36,411 nt of DNA from a virus (Duplodnaviria; Caudoviricetes). Location: positions 1 to 36,411 of IMG/VR virus record IMGVR_UViG_3300008255_000264. One strand, 5' to 3'. A program made the position numbers and the translations under genes. Shown in pieces: positions 1-9,632 of this stretch. The notes beneath the pieces were generated by a model. That model was not told the DNA's origin. It made no database searches and saw only the letters and a program-made list of their open reading frames with translations. Each line of letters starts with the position of its first letter. Position 1 is the first letter of the stretch.

Positions 1-1782
1 CATCTGCGTTGTGCCGGGGGCTGCCACAACGATATATACCTCGTCAATCAAATCCCAAAACACCGAAAAGAACGAATTGGCCGTAAGGCTGCTTTCTGTA
101 TGGGCGGGGAAGCTAACAACACGCCCGTCATCCAGCGTTCCAGAAAACGCGACGATAGTTATGCTGTCATCCCCACCAGTGACAGGAAACGCCGGGACAT
201 AGGTGAGAATGCGATATGCCCCACGCGGGTTAATCGTGTCTGATGCTACCGCGTCCCGCTCTTGCTGCGTCTGCCCAATTACAGGCGTAGGAGGCGGGTT
301 TGCCACCTTGCCTAGCGCGAAGTCGTGCTTTGCGTCCGTCTCGCCTTTCAGACGCAAGCGCACGTTCAACATTCCCGGATCAAGCGAGCGTTCAAGGATA
401 ACAGCCTTTCCGGTGTAGCCTAGAATATCGCTGTCGATTGTAATTGTTTCACCGGGCCGATAAAAGCGCCACGCCTCTTTTACATTGACTTCAATCGGGC
501 CAATCTCACGGCTATCCACAAGCGCGTAAGATGCCAGCTCTCCCGCTTGGCTTGAAGCCTTCACCAGATTGAGCGGCCACGTTTGCGTTAGCGGTGTGCC
601 GTCTTCGGTGCGATAGGTGCTGCCGACAATTTCATCTGCGGTTATCTGTTCATAATTGTGCGCCGGGCTAATATATTGCGGGCGAACGCCATTCATTCGA
701 TCCCGCAATGATTGCATAGCTACGGCACTGCCGCCGTCCTCTAACAAATCATCATCCGTTAGTGTTGCCAGGGATACGCGGGGCCGATGCCAATCGAATG
801 ACAGCTTGCCGCCGCTAATTATCCACCTAGCGCCACCAGCCGCGCAAAGGTCGTCAAGGTTTTGCACCCGCTGCGCTTCAATGTCAGCGCCTTGCCCGCC
901 TTCCCAAAGCGTCCCGTGGCATTCCCAGACATTCGTATCGCAATCGTTTGCCCAATCGACAATCGCAGCCCAATCAATCGCATCTGATCCTAGGCCAATG
1001 CCAAACACCTTGACGCTGTTGTAATAGCGCCCGTAGGCATAAGTCCCGGCGTGAAGCGCGGGATTGGCTGTATAGGTCCAAGTGCTTTCGTCATTAAGGC
1101 GGTGTGCACCGCTTCCGCCCGGATACGTGCTATCAAGGCGTGGGTCGTAAGCCTTTTCGCCTTTCAAGATTGCACCGTGCGCAGGCAAGCCGGAAGCGAA
1201 AACTTCACCGTCCTTGTCAAACTTGTAATTGGAACCGATAGCAGCGCAACCGGATAGCTTATGGTTTGCGCCCCATCCCGTTGCAGGCGCGTCCAAAGGC
1301 GGGACTAGCGCGGTGCTTTCAGGACGCGCACCTAGCTGCGTGTCGCTATCATAGAAGCCCGTGTAATATGAGCCAATGTCGGCAAAGTCGAATTGCTCTT
1401 TAACCAACGCTTCAACGGGACCAACGCCAGAAAAGACTTTGACTTGCCACAGGAAAGGATTGGGAACTTTCTTGAGCGTGTCACCATAGCCGACTTGATG
1501 CCGCAAAACTCCGGCGCTGTAACTTTCGCCCACCATGTAAGGACGTGGCGGCTCGGCTGCGATTGTTACTTGAGTAACCCCTCCCCGTGCGGTTGGTTTT
1601 GGCGCTGTGATTTGCGCGCCGATATTCGCAGCCGCTCCAATAACAGACGCAATGCTTGCTATCTTGGAAGCGGTGCCGATCCCGGCGATTATGGCGCTAC
1701 CCCCTGCAAATGCCCCTACGCCAGTGGCGACAAGAGCAACACCCGCTGCAATGGTGCCTATGGTCTTGAGTGTTTTACTCAT
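1..1782 (-). CDS. Tail tip / host-specificity protein, truncated at window edge
   Basis: Not in the ORF track (no stop found). Hand translation from ATG 1782, which overlaps the upstream stop as ATGA, gives MSKTLKTIGTIAAGVALVATGVG...YDPRLDSTYPGGSGAHR...WTYTANPALH, typical of siphovirus central tail proteins. Lies after TMP/Dit/hub. Confidence 0.8.
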   Translation of the reverse strand, partial: MSKTLKTIGTIAAGVALVATGVGAFAGGSAIIAGIGTASKIASIASVIGAAANIGAQITAPKPTARGGVTQVTIAAEPPRPYMVGESYSAGVLRHQVGYGDTLKKVPNPFLWQVKVFSGVGPVEALVKEQFDFADIGSYYTGFYDSDTQLGARPESTALVPPLDAPATGWGANHKLSGCAAIGSNYKFDKDGEVFASGLPAHGAILKGEKAYDPRLDSTYPGGSGAHRLNDESTWTYTANPALHAGTYAYGRYYNSVKVFGIGLGSDAIDWAAIVDWANDCDTNVWECHGTLWEGGQGADIEAQRVQNLDDLCAAGGARWIISGGKLSFDWHRPRVSLATLTDDDLLEDGGSAVAMQSLRDRMNGVRPQYISPAHNYEQITADEIVGSTYRTEDGTPLTQTWPLNLVKASSQAGELASYALVDSREIGPIEVNVKEAWRFYRPGETITIDSDILGYTGKAVILERSLDPGMLNVRLRLKGETDAKHDFALGKVANPPPTPVIGQTQQERDAVASDTINPRGAYRILTYVPAFPVTGGDDSITIVAFSGTLDDGRVVSFPAHTESSLTANSFFSVFWDLIDEVYIVVAAPGTTQM

Positions 1783-2204
1783 AGCCGCCAAGCCCCCACC
1801 GCTTCTCGCAATTCGTCTGCGTCAATGTCGATAATCGCGCACCCTTCGGCTTGTTCGTGCCAGCCTAGAAACTTGTGCGCGCTTCCCTTGATGTTAAGGC
1901 TTTCGAAACCGTCAGTCCCCGGCAATGCCATAACATCGCCAAGGCGCATGAAAGCAGGCGGGATGCGTTCAAAATGCGCATCTAGCAAATCAGGCAAACT
2001 GTCATGGCCTGTAGCCAATAATGCGCGCTTGGCAGTCAATGCCGAACGGAAGCGCGGCACAATTGGTAGCTTGTGGCCCATTTGCGCGGCGTGGAAGCGC
2101 AACAGGTGAATGCACGTTGCCGACTTAGCCCAATCAAAGGGCTTGCCCTCAAAGCGCGCCTGTGTGGCGCTGGTGGCCTTTTCGCGTAGTGCTATCTGGT
2201 GCAT
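1779..2204 (-). CDS. Tail assembly protein, NlpC/P60-like (DUF6950-like)
   Basis: GKPFDW..ATC motif and later GDV; located between hub and tail tip genes. Confidence 0.65.
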   Translation of the reverse strand: MHQIALREKATSATQARFEGKPFDWAKSATCIHLLRFHAAQMGHKLPIVPRFRSALTAKRALLATGHDSLPDLLDAHFERIPPAFMRLGDVMALPGTDGFESLNIKGSAHKFLGWHEQAEGCAIIDIDADELREAVGAWRL

Positions 2205-2813
2205 CTAGCGTTCCTGATAGTCCATCGGGCTGCCGCCGCCGCTGCCGCGCCCCGAACCGCCGCCAGATGATCCCCGCGCACTTGGCGGCCCCTTCGCACC
2301 CCATGCCACACTGACTTGCAGCCCAGTTGCGTTGTCATGGCCTAACTCGCCAGCAAAAAGCGACTTGTGAAACGCACTCGTCAAACCGTTGCCGTTGTCG
2401 CGCTGGAACAGATATTCAACCTCGGGCACTGCCACAACGGAAACGCTCAATTCCCGCTGCGCGAATGTCACTTGCGGCTGATCAATGAAGCCTGTAAATT
2501 CTAAATCAGGCGTTCCGATAACTGCGCCTGTGTCAAGGTCATATTCTGCAATCCAGAGCCTCACCTTGCTGCGCTGGATCGCGCCGTTTGACAAAGCTGT
2601 TACTGCAACAAAGCTGTCAGGCGAAAACGTCAAGTCTAGCGACGGAATCTGTTGTCCCGCACCTTCAGTTATCGGTTCAATCCCTGCAAGCCGACCTAGT
2701 TGCGGATCATTAGGTGTGTATGTGTCGCTGTTCCAAGTGGTAACGCCAGCATCACTCAATAGAACGTCGCCCGCTGGCAGTTCAATCTTGAGCAGGCCCG
2801 TCAGCCCCACCAT
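2205..2813 (-). CDS. Minor tail / hub protein
   Basis: 202 aa in tail tip module, FTGFID motif, Gly/Ser-rich C-terminus. Confidence 0.6.
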   Translation of the reverse strand: MVGLTGLLKIELPAGDVLLSDAGVTTWNSDTYTPNDPQLGRLAGIEPITEGAGQQIPSLDLTFSPDSFVAVTALSNGAIQRSKVRLWIAEYDLDTGAVIGTPDLEFTGFIDQPQVTFAQRELSVSVVAVPEVEYLFQRDNGNGLTSAFHKSLFAGELGHDNATGLQVSVAWGAKGPPSARGSSGGGSGRGSGGGSPMDYQER

Positions 2814-3394
2814 TATTGCTTTTCCTCGATTGCAAACTCAATCGGAACAACACGGTCAACCGCATAGGACCATTGCCATTCGTCACCATCGACAAGCCCC
2901 TCAATCATGGGCTTTGCCAAATGAATTACAGCCTCGTCTGGAATGCTTGTGCGGATCATTTCATTAAGCGTTAGTGTCAGGTTGCCCGACGCATCGGCCC
3001 GTCCGCCTGTGTAGACGTTGTGCAGGAAGTGCTGCCCGCTAACGACAATCGAAAGCCAAAAGCCTTCCTTGCAGAAATACCCCGGCGATAGCCCCTTGAT
3101 CGCCAGAGATCGCCCTGTTGACACAGCGCCATCGACTAGCGGCACACCGGGCGACCCTTGGCTATGCAGCAACGGTAACGCGATGCGCAGCCCTTCTTGC
3201 TTACCCCGGATAAGCCGTGCCACCATTTGCCTTGCCTGATCACCGGGATAAGGCCCGAACGAACATGCGGCTCGATAGCGGGAACCCTTGCGATTAATCC
3301 GCTCGCTTGTCGAAATGCCGCGCTGCGTGAAACCCATATCAATGAGTGCAGGGCTAACGCTGCCGATCCGGGCAAATGGTGGAAGTTCAATCAT
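2813..3394 (-). CDS. Distal tail protein (Dit-like)
   Basis: Immediately follows tape measure gene with overlapping stop/start; 193 aa. Confidence 0.6.
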   Translation of the reverse strand: MIELPPFARIGSVSPALIDMGFTQRGISTSERINRKGSRYRAACSFGPYPGDQARQMVARLIRGKQEGLRIALPLLHSQGSPGVPLVDGAVSTGRSLAIKGLSPGYFCKEGFWLSIVVSGQHFLHNVYTGGRADASGNLTLTLNEMIRTSIPDEAVIHLAKPMIEGLVDGDEWQWSYAVDRVVPIEFAIEEKQ

Positions 3395-5694
3395 CGCCTA
3401 ACCGTCCTGCGCTGTGCTCGTGATTGCATCGCACTAGCCTGCATCGCCCCGGCGCTGGCCAAAGCAGGAGCAGCTTGCACAATCTGCCCGTTTACGCGAG
3501 CGTCAAAGTAGGGCGATGGGATAACCTCGACTTGAACGCTGCCGCCGCCCATATTGTCGTTTGAGACGATGCGACCGTGGCCAGGAGGCGTAAACAATTC
3601 AGGGCCTCGCTCGCCAACCAGATACGTCCGGCCTGCGTTTACCTGCCCGCCGTTTGCTCTTGCGCCTGCGACAACGGGGCGATTTATATTGTTTGCGATG
3701 TTTTGCCCGAACAGCCCTGTGGAACCTAGCTGTATAAGCAGATCGATCACGCCCGTAAGGGTGCTGAATAGATCGCCCGACCTGATGCTGTTTGTGAGGT
3801 TTTGCAGCGAGCCGATAACGCGCTGTGACATATCGCGGAAGCTGTCAGCGATTTGCACAGTTTGCACTTTTGCGCCGTTTGCCAGTTCCTCGGTTGTCAT
3901 CCCTAGCAATTCTGTGGCCTCTTGGACCTTGCGCGCTTGCTCAAGTGGGCCTTGGTTAAAGCTTAGATCGCGGTTGCTGTTGTCGTTTGCAGCAATCAGG
4001 GCCAATCGGGCGCGCTGCTTTTCAATGTCAGACAAGCGAGAGCGTTCCAAAACACCGAAGTCCTCCAGCATTCGACGATAGCGTTCCATTTCGGGGTATG
4101 CCCGAGCCATAACGCTGCGCAGCTCATCAGCGGCCCTTGAAGCCTCCCCAACGCCTCCCGCAGCGCCACTGCCAGCATTGCCAAGCGTGGTGATAGCAGT
4201 TGCACCTTGAGCGACTGGTGCAACCATGCTTTTAGCCGCTTCTTCCGCCTTCTGAAATGCACGATCCGCTGCATTTAATTCGCCTTCCATGCGGATAACT
4301 TGCCAAGTCAAGTCCCGCGCTTCGTTTTCAAGCGAACGCAGACGCGAAGATGCTGTGCCGCGCTGTGCAAGTTCAGGACTACCCCTAACGCGGCTTTGTT
4401 CTGCGCGGATTTCAGCAATGCGGTTTTCAATGCGCTGCTTTTCAAGATCAGCTTCGGCGCGCTTTACCCCAAAGTCCGAAGCCCTTGCTTGTGCCAATGC
4501 ACGAAGCGAGCTAATTAGATTATCCGTCTCGGCTCGCGCTTGGCGTTGAGCGTTGCCCAGCGTGATAAACACTGCCGACAAAGCGCCCACAGCAACCGCA
4601 ACAGCGCCAAAGGGATTTGCCACAAGGGCAGCCGTAAGTGTGCGCGTTGCGACTGTCGCTGCCGCTGTTGCGGAAGTCATAATGCCCATGCGACCCGCTG
4701 CACCCGCAATAGCGCCTGCCTGTGATATAAGCGCAGCGGTTGATGCAGAAGTAGCAATGGTGCCAGCCAAAAGAGTAAGCCGATAAGCAGCCCACGCCGA
4801 ACCGGCAGTCACAACAATGCGCATCAAGCCACTAAGCGAGATGCCAGATGCATCAAATGCCTGCGCAGCCTTGGCTATTTCTGTGGTGATACTGGCAGCG
4901 CCACTGACAAGCGGAGTGAAGGTCGGCAGCAACTTCGAGCCAATCGCAACCTGCAATTCCTCAACCGCTGCGTTGAACGTCTTGATCTGATTTGCTGCGC
5001 TTTCGCCGGTTCGTTCAACGTCTCCCGAAGCCTGCGCTAACTGTTCCTGAATAATAGCAGCTCTTGCGACGATCTTTTCCTGATCCGTCAGAACACCATT
5101 AACGCCCGCAAGCCCAATCTCTGCCGCTTTAGCTTGAACCGCCGCCTCATTAAGAAACACGCCAACAGCGCGCAACGGCTCTGCTTCTCCGACAAGGCCA
5201 GAAAAAAGCTTCTGTTGCGCGACTTCGTTTGAAAGGTTTTTGAAGCTGGCAAGGTCTTGCGTGAGAACGGCAAACTGCTTTGACAGTTCCGCCGCCCGTT
5301 CGGGTTGCAATGCTTTACCGAACAATTCCTGAAATGCCAGCGCGCCGCGCTGTATCTCTTGCGTGGACCGACCTAGTGCATTGCCCGTTTCTTCTGCCCA
5401 CATTCGCACGTCTTCAGCCATGTCGCCGAAAACAACATTAAACGCGCTCCCCATTTCCTCTGCATCAATGGCAGCACGAACAGACCTTTTGCCAAAGTCA
5501 TAAAGCACAGTGCCAAGGCCAGCCGCCACAAGCGCAACCCCTACGCGCTTGAACGCTGACGACATCTGACTTGCGCTTCCATCTACTTCACGAGCAGTCA
5601 TGCGCGCCTGATCGCCAGTGCGGCCAAGCTCATCGCGCCCCCGCTTCAGCCCACGTGTGTCAGCGTCAAGGACAAGCTTTGCGAAGTCTGTCAT
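3391..5694 (-). CDS. Tail tape measure protein
   Basis: 767 aa, Ala/Gly-rich and helical; C-terminal GARANGGQV...YLVGERGPELF motif; follows chaperone genes. Confidence 0.92.
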   Translation of the reverse strand: MTDFAKLVLDADTRGLKRGRDELGRTGDQARMTAREVDGSASQMSSAFKRVGVALVAAGLGTVLYDFGKRSVRAAIDAEEMGSAFNVVFGDMAEDVRMWAEETGNALGRSTQEIQRGALAFQELFGKALQPERAAELSKQFAVLTQDLASFKNLSNEVAQQKLFSGLVGEAEPLRAVGVFLNEAAVQAKAAEIGLAGVNGVLTDQEKIVARAAIIQEQLAQASGDVERTGESAANQIKTFNAAVEELQVAIGSKLLPTFTPLVSGAASITTEIAKAAQAFDASGISLSGLMRIVVTAGSAWAAYRLTLLAGTIATSASTAALISQAGAIAGAAGRMGIMTSATAAATVATRTLTAALVANPFGAVAVAVGALSAVFITLGNAQRQARAETDNLISSLRALAQARASDFGVKRAEADLEKQRIENRIAEIRAEQSRVRGSPELAQRGTASSRLRSLENEARDLTWQVIRMEGELNAADRAFQKAEEAAKSMVAPVAQGATAITTLGNAGSGAAGGVGEASRAADELRSVMARAYPEMERYRRMLEDFGVLERSRLSDIEKQRARLALIAANDNSNRDLSFNQGPLEQARKVQEATELLGMTTEELANGAKVQTVQIADSFRDMSQRVIGSLQNLTNSIRSGDLFSTLTGVIDLLIQLGSTGLFGQNIANNINRPVVAGARANGGQVNAGRTYLVGERGPELFTPPGHGRIVSNDNMGGGSVQVEVIPSPYFDARVNGQIVQAAPALASAGAMQASAMQSRAQRRTVRR

Positions 5695-6041
5695 AGATCA
5701 CGCTCCAATGGGGCAATGCGCAGCGGATTGCGGTTAGCAACCTCAGTGCAGTATGCGCGGGACATATCCATAAGGCAGGACGCCTCGGACGGATTCAGGC
5801 CGCACTCGGTGAGACGGTCGAATGATTGTATTTCGGCCCAGTCAAACGGCACTGTGCCGCCAAACGTATCCTTAGCCTTGCCAAGTTGAACCCAAACATC
5901 ATGCAACCGCTCACCGGGCGGCAATTCGGGCAAGGTTTCGCCATACAATTGCAGGCGGGTTTCCTCTTGCCCTTCAGGTTTCGCCAAAAGCCAACCGACT
6001 TGCGCGGCGAAGGTAACTAGGCGCTGTCGGCTGTGGTAAAA
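5691..6041 (-). CDS. Tail assembly chaperone, frameshift extension (gpT-like)
   Basis: The frame of ORF 5691..5987 stays open upstream to the CCTTTTT site at 6044-6038 and is the -1 frame of the upstream chaperone. Confidence 0.75.
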   Translation of the reverse strand, partial: FYHSRQRLVTFAAQVGWLLAKPEGQEETRLQLYGETLPELPPGERLHDVWVQLGKAKDTFGGTVPFDWAEIQSFDRLTECGLNPSEASCLMDMSRAYCTEVANRNPLRIAPLERDL

Positions 6042-6457
6042 AGGCGCTGTTCTTCGGCGATAGCCTCATTGACTTGGCTAAAGAACAAGGTGCCAGGACC
6101 ACAAAGCTTCAGGACGTTCTCGCTGTTCAATTCCAGCGGTTTGACATCCCATTCGATGTTTTCCCATTCGGCAACGGCTGCAATAACCAATTCGCCCATT
6201 GCCGCTTCAAGGTCGCTCTGAAACTTGGCAATAACGCCTTCAGCGTCCCGGTCGCTGGTGCGAGCCATGCGATCAGATCGCAAAGCTTGCACCCGCTCAA
6301 CCTTCTTGAATGCATCCATAACTGCACGGGAACCCATGCCACGGATGCGCAGCCTGCACGGCTTACCTTCGCTACCCAAAGGTTCCCCGCGCAAGTGCAA
6401 ATGAACCCACGACCCGCGTTCGGACGCGGCCCGCAGGTCAAGGCTTGCGAAATCCAT
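6017..6457 (-). CDS. Tail assembly chaperone (gpG-like)
   Basis: 146 aa between tail tube and TMP; WENIE-type motif. Confidence 0.8.
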   Translation of the reverse strand: MDFASLDLRAASERGSWVHLHLRGEPLGSEGKPCRLRIRGMGSRAVMDAFKKVERVQALRSDRMARTSDRDAEGVIAKFQSDLEAAMGELVIAAVAEWENIEWDVKPLELNSENVLKLCGPGTLFFSQVNEAIAEEQRLFTTADSA

Positions 6458-6942
6458 TATACAGGCTCCGTTGCGTCAATCGTCAAAGCGTTCTGCTTGA
6501 AGTTGACGCTAAAGCCTTCGTGGCTGCTGTCGTCGCCTTGGATTTCGACATAGCTGTGTGCGTAGCCTTGTGCATACTGCACAGGATCGCCCGTTGCTGG
6601 GGCCTGATCAGCGCCCGAACCCTTCACAATCTTGACGGAGATTGCGCCGCTGGTGCCCCCAGCATTGGCACGGTTGCGCAAGTCCTCTTGACCTGCATCA
6701 GAAGCCACCAGACGGAACGCCATAGTGCTGTCGTTACCCGATCCAGCGCCCTTGATGCCAGCCGTGAAACCACTTTGCAGGTCTGACACGTCAATGTTGT
6801 TGTGCGATACGCCAAGCTGCGGAAGCGTTTGAACGCCATTCACCTTCACCCAAGTGAGGGCTTCGAAGCCCGCTGCGGTGTTGGTAGCAGGCAGAGCTTC
6901 TGCAACATACAGCGTTTTGCCGATGTGTGATCCAGTCGTCAT
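6457..6942 (-). CDS. Major tail (tube) protein
   Basis: 161 aa, AGFEALTWVKV...IKG pattern; position upstream of chaperones; AAGGAA RBS. Confidence 0.8.
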   Translation of the reverse strand: MTTGSHIGKTLYVAEALPATNTAAGFEALTWVKVNGVQTLPQLGVSHNNIDVSDLQSGFTAGIKGAGSGNDSTMAFRLVASDAGQEDLRNRANAGGTSGAISVKIVKGSGADQAPATGDPVQYAQGYAHSYVEIQGDDSSHEGFSVNFKQNALTIDATEPV

Positions 6943-7082
6943 TGTTCAGTTTCCTTTTTTGAGGAGATTTTCTTGGAAGGTTGCGGGACTGCTACCCATC
7001 CGGCAGCTTCCCAAGTTTTGCGCTTATCAGGCAGCACGTTTGCCACGCCATTAAAGGCGCGATTGGTCATTTTAATACGCAT
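6939..7082 (-). CDS. Small hypothetical virion-module protein (47 aa)
   Basis: Hand-translated MRIKMTNRAFNGVANVLPDKRKTWEAAGWVAVPQPSKKISSKKETEQ*; fills the gap and is ATGA-coupled to the tail tube gene. Confidence 0.65.
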   Translation of the reverse strand: MRIKMTNRAFNGVANVLPDKRKTWEAAGWVAVPQPSKKISSKKETEQ

Positions 7083-7090
7083 GGGTTTTC

Positions 7091-7396
7091 CTAAGTTGTG
7101 ACTAGGTATTTGGCGGCAAACGTGGTTGCGCCAACGTCAATTGCGGTCAGGTCCGCGCCTAAGTAAATTGCAGGGATTGCAGGGGCAGATGCCGGATTAA
7201 ACGCCGCCGCCGCAAATGCCTTGCTGTCTTCGGTTGTCGGGTCAGCGCCAACCGTAAAGGTTGAGGCTGTGGCAACTTCCAGCTGCCCGACGAAATAGCC
7301 GTGGTCGTTGAAATTGGTTGTCCCGGTCTGCCCATCAACCAGCTCTGTGCAGCCGACCGGCGTCCACGGGGTATGCCCACCGCCGTAAACGGCCAT
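7091..7396 (-). CDS. Hypothetical protein, possible tail accessory
   Basis: 101 aa, Ala/Thr-rich, AGGAG RBS upstream. Confidence 0.6.
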   Translation of the reverse strand: MAVYGGGHTPWTPVGCTELVDGQTGTTNFNDHGYFVGQLEVATASTFTVGADPTTEDSKAFAAAAFNPASAPAIPAIYLGADLTAIDVGATTFAAKYLVTT

Positions 7397-7495
7397 TTGT
7401 TATGCTCCTGGTGCTGTCGGTAGGCTGTCAATGTCAACGCGAAGGGTATTGCCCACGCGCTCGATCCCGTCCGTGGTTGCGGAAACATCGATGCC

Positions 7496-7921
7496 CTATG
7501 TCGGGTCTGCAAATTCGTTAGTGTCGCCTTCTGTGATGTAGCTAATGCGGACAGGTTGCCGCCAATAAGCCCCATCCTGAAACCCCGAAGCAAGCGAAGC
7601 CGGGGCATTGATGACCACGTTCCCGCTCCCTGTGCTCATTCTAAGCGCCTTGGGAAACCTATTGGCTATGTCTTGCGCGATGCTGTTTGCCGTGCCTGTG
7701 AAAGCCCCTGACGGGACCACAACGGTCATAAGGACAAGGCCAATTTGATAGGGGAAGCCCCCGCCGATTACCTCATCCCTGCGGTCAACGGGAGCGTGGC
7801 GAAATTCAATATATGGAACGCCCGAAGGGGTGAAGGATTTGTTAGGCCAAGCGATAGGCGGGCAGTCTGTCATTTCCGCTAGGCGCTGCCCAAGCGCGGT
7901 CTCGATTTGATCAAACGTCAT
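7496..7921 (-). CDS. Tail terminator protein (DUF4128-like)
   Basis: IAWPNKSFTP...W..PVRISY motifs; start revised to ATG 7921 (ATGA overlap). Confidence 0.75.
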   Translation of the reverse strand: MTFDQIETALGQRLAEMTDCPPIAWPNKSFTPSGVPYIEFRHAPVDRRDEVIGGGFPYQIGLVLMTVVVPSGAFTGTANSIAQDIANRFPKALRMSTGSGNVVINAPASLASGFQDGAYWRQPVRISYITEGDTNEFADPT

Positions 7922-8316
7922 CGAACTCTCCGCGCATTGTCTGCAACGATCCGGGACCACTGTTGCGCGGCCTTGTCACGCCACAACCCGCCGCCCTGTC
8001 CGACGCCGACCATGTAGTGACGCGGGATCGCGTATTCAGCCGTCCACGCCACCGCGAACGGGTCGCCAAGCTGCAAGGCGCTGAGGCCAAGAACGTAACT
8101 GTCCGAACCCTCCCCGACCGGAGCGCCGCGCACCTCGGTCACGAGGCTGTTGCGCAGGAAGCCGGTGTCAACAGGAAGGTCGCCGCCCTGTGCCACGGTC
8201 GTTTGAGCAATCCGCACTGTGTCCTGTATTGACTGCCGCGCCACCCGCAGCATTTGGTCGGCGGTCTTGTCTGCGAACGCCTCAACGTCTGCAATGAACT
8301 TGCGGTTGCTCGCCAT
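7918..8316 (-). CDS. Tail completion protein, HK97 gp10-like
   Basis: PVDTGFLRNS motif. Confidence 0.8.
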   Translation of the reverse strand: MASNRKFIADVEAFADKTADQMLRVARQSIQDTVRIAQTTVAQGGDLPVDTGFLRNSLVTEVRGAPVGEGSDSYVLGLSALQLGDPFAVAWTAEYAIPRHYMVGVGQGGGLWRDKAAQQWSRIVADNARRVR

Positions 8317-8333
8317 TATGGTAACTCCACCGC

Positions 8334-8633
8334 ATGAGACTTCTTTGCTTAGTGGCGCTGGGCCTCGCCGTTTCGGGCTGTGACGCCGGGATTGCCGACG
8401 CTGAAGCTTCGGTCAGGGACCGACTTAGCGACCCTGCCAGTGCTGAATTTCAGGACGTGAAGCGTTGCCCAAGCGACGAGAATGTCATTATTGGCGATGT
8501 GAACAGCAAGAACGCTTATGGCGGATATACTGGCTTTCGCCCTTTCCTGTATCGCGATGGCGTTGCAGTCTTTTCGGACGACACAGAGCGATTTGAAGCC
8601 CGGTCCTTGGAATGCTTCGGCTCAGCCCCTTAA
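8334..8633 (+). CDS. Predicted lipoprotein (moron-like, antisense to late operon)
   Basis: Signal peptide with lipobox LAVSG-C; L.DP.SA.F and G.VNSKN.YGGYTGF motifs. Confidence 0.75.
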   Translation: MRLLCLVALGLAVSGCDAGIADAEASVRDRLSDPASAEFQDVKRCPSDENVIIGDVNSKNAYGGYTGFRPFLYRDGVAVFSDDTERFEARSLECFGSAP

Positions 8634-9629
8634 CCAGTCCACCACATACTCGTCATAACAGCGGCAGTTGATCGTCTGCGCGGCGCTTGCCCCTAGCGAG
8701 GTATCCCCCGGATAGAGCATCCGCGAACCATCGGGCAGCACGAACGGCGCATCCATCCCATCAACCTCCTGCCCGTGCGTTGCCACATGATCCGGGCGCG
8801 TTCGGCTGTCGAGCGTGGCATCCCAGCGGCGCTTAACCGCATCCGGTGCAATCGCCCCGGCCTCAATGCCCTGCTGTATTCCCTCACGCCTGCCAGCCCG
8901 AAGCGCGGTAATGCTTTCGGTCCTTGCGATAGTGTCGGCGCGATTCTTCAAAAGCCGGTCGCTGTAGCGCGATGCGATACGGTCAACGTCTGCTTGTGCC
9001 ATCGGCCTGCCATCACGAATGGCCTTGCGCACCAGCCCGTCAAATCTGCGATCCCTGAGCTTGCGGTCAAAATAACCGGCGTCCAGTTCGGACAGTTCGC
9101 GCCGCGCATTGTCCAGATAGCCCATCTGAGGCCGTGAGAGGCCGATAAAGCCGCCCTGCCTCTGGTTGCCCGCACCAATCGGCCCAGCAATCTGCACGGC
9201 CACTTTCCGAGGCCCTACGCCTTGCGCCAACTGGGCGCCGATAGTCTCGCGCAGCAAATCAAGCTGCTCATCCACGATATTCGTGACAAGCCCGCCAACG
9301 TGGTTACGCGCCCATGCTTCAGCGCGGGTTGCCCTGCCATCGAATCCGAACGACGCGGCAAACGCTGGAGCCGCTGCCGGGACAGTCTGCCCACCCGCCA
9401 CATATGCGCCGTTGATCGCCGCATCAAACGGAAACAAATCGGCCCGCGTCAGACCCGCGATATTCACGGCACTGTTGAAGTCCCGCGCCTCGATTGCGTC
9501 CGCCAAATCCTTCAGATTGATGCCGTTTGCCTTGGACCGGACAGCCGCGAGGAAAGCGTTGCGGATTTCCTTGTCATATTGGGCCAGGAGCGCCGTCAAT
9601 CTGTTCTGTAAACGGCGACGGTTGGCCAT
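8622..9629 (-). CDS. Head morphogenesis / minor capsid protein (SPP1 gp7 / Mu F-like)
   Basis: RA.TIARTE, W.ATLDSRTRPDH and INCRC motifs. Confidence 0.88.
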   Translation of the reverse strand: MANRRRLQNRLTALLAQYDKEIRNAFLAAVRSKANGINLKDLADAIEARDFNSAVNIAGLTRADLFPFDAAINGAYVAGGQTVPAAAPAFAASFGFDGRATRAEAWARNHVGGLVTNIVDEQLDLLRETIGAQLAQGVGPRKVAVQIAGPIGAGNQRQGGFIGLSRPQMGYLDNARRELSELDAGYFDRKLRDRRFDGLVRKAIRDGRPMAQADVDRIASRYSDRLLKNRADTIARTESITALRAGRREGIQQGIEAGAIAPDAVKRRWDATLDSRTRPDHVATHGQEVDGMDAPFVLPDGSRMLYPGDTSLGASAAQTINCRCYDEYVVDWLRG

Positions 9630-9632
9630 GCA

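Noticed and set aside
2202-2207. TAG immediately followed by in-frame ATG (possible hub-NlpC fusion by readthrough)
   Set aside because: Abutting stop/start is common in phage operons, and there is no unexplained coding gap.
2225-2290. GCCGCC-type short repeats
   Set aside because: Encode the Gly/Ser linker at the C-terminus of the hub protein.
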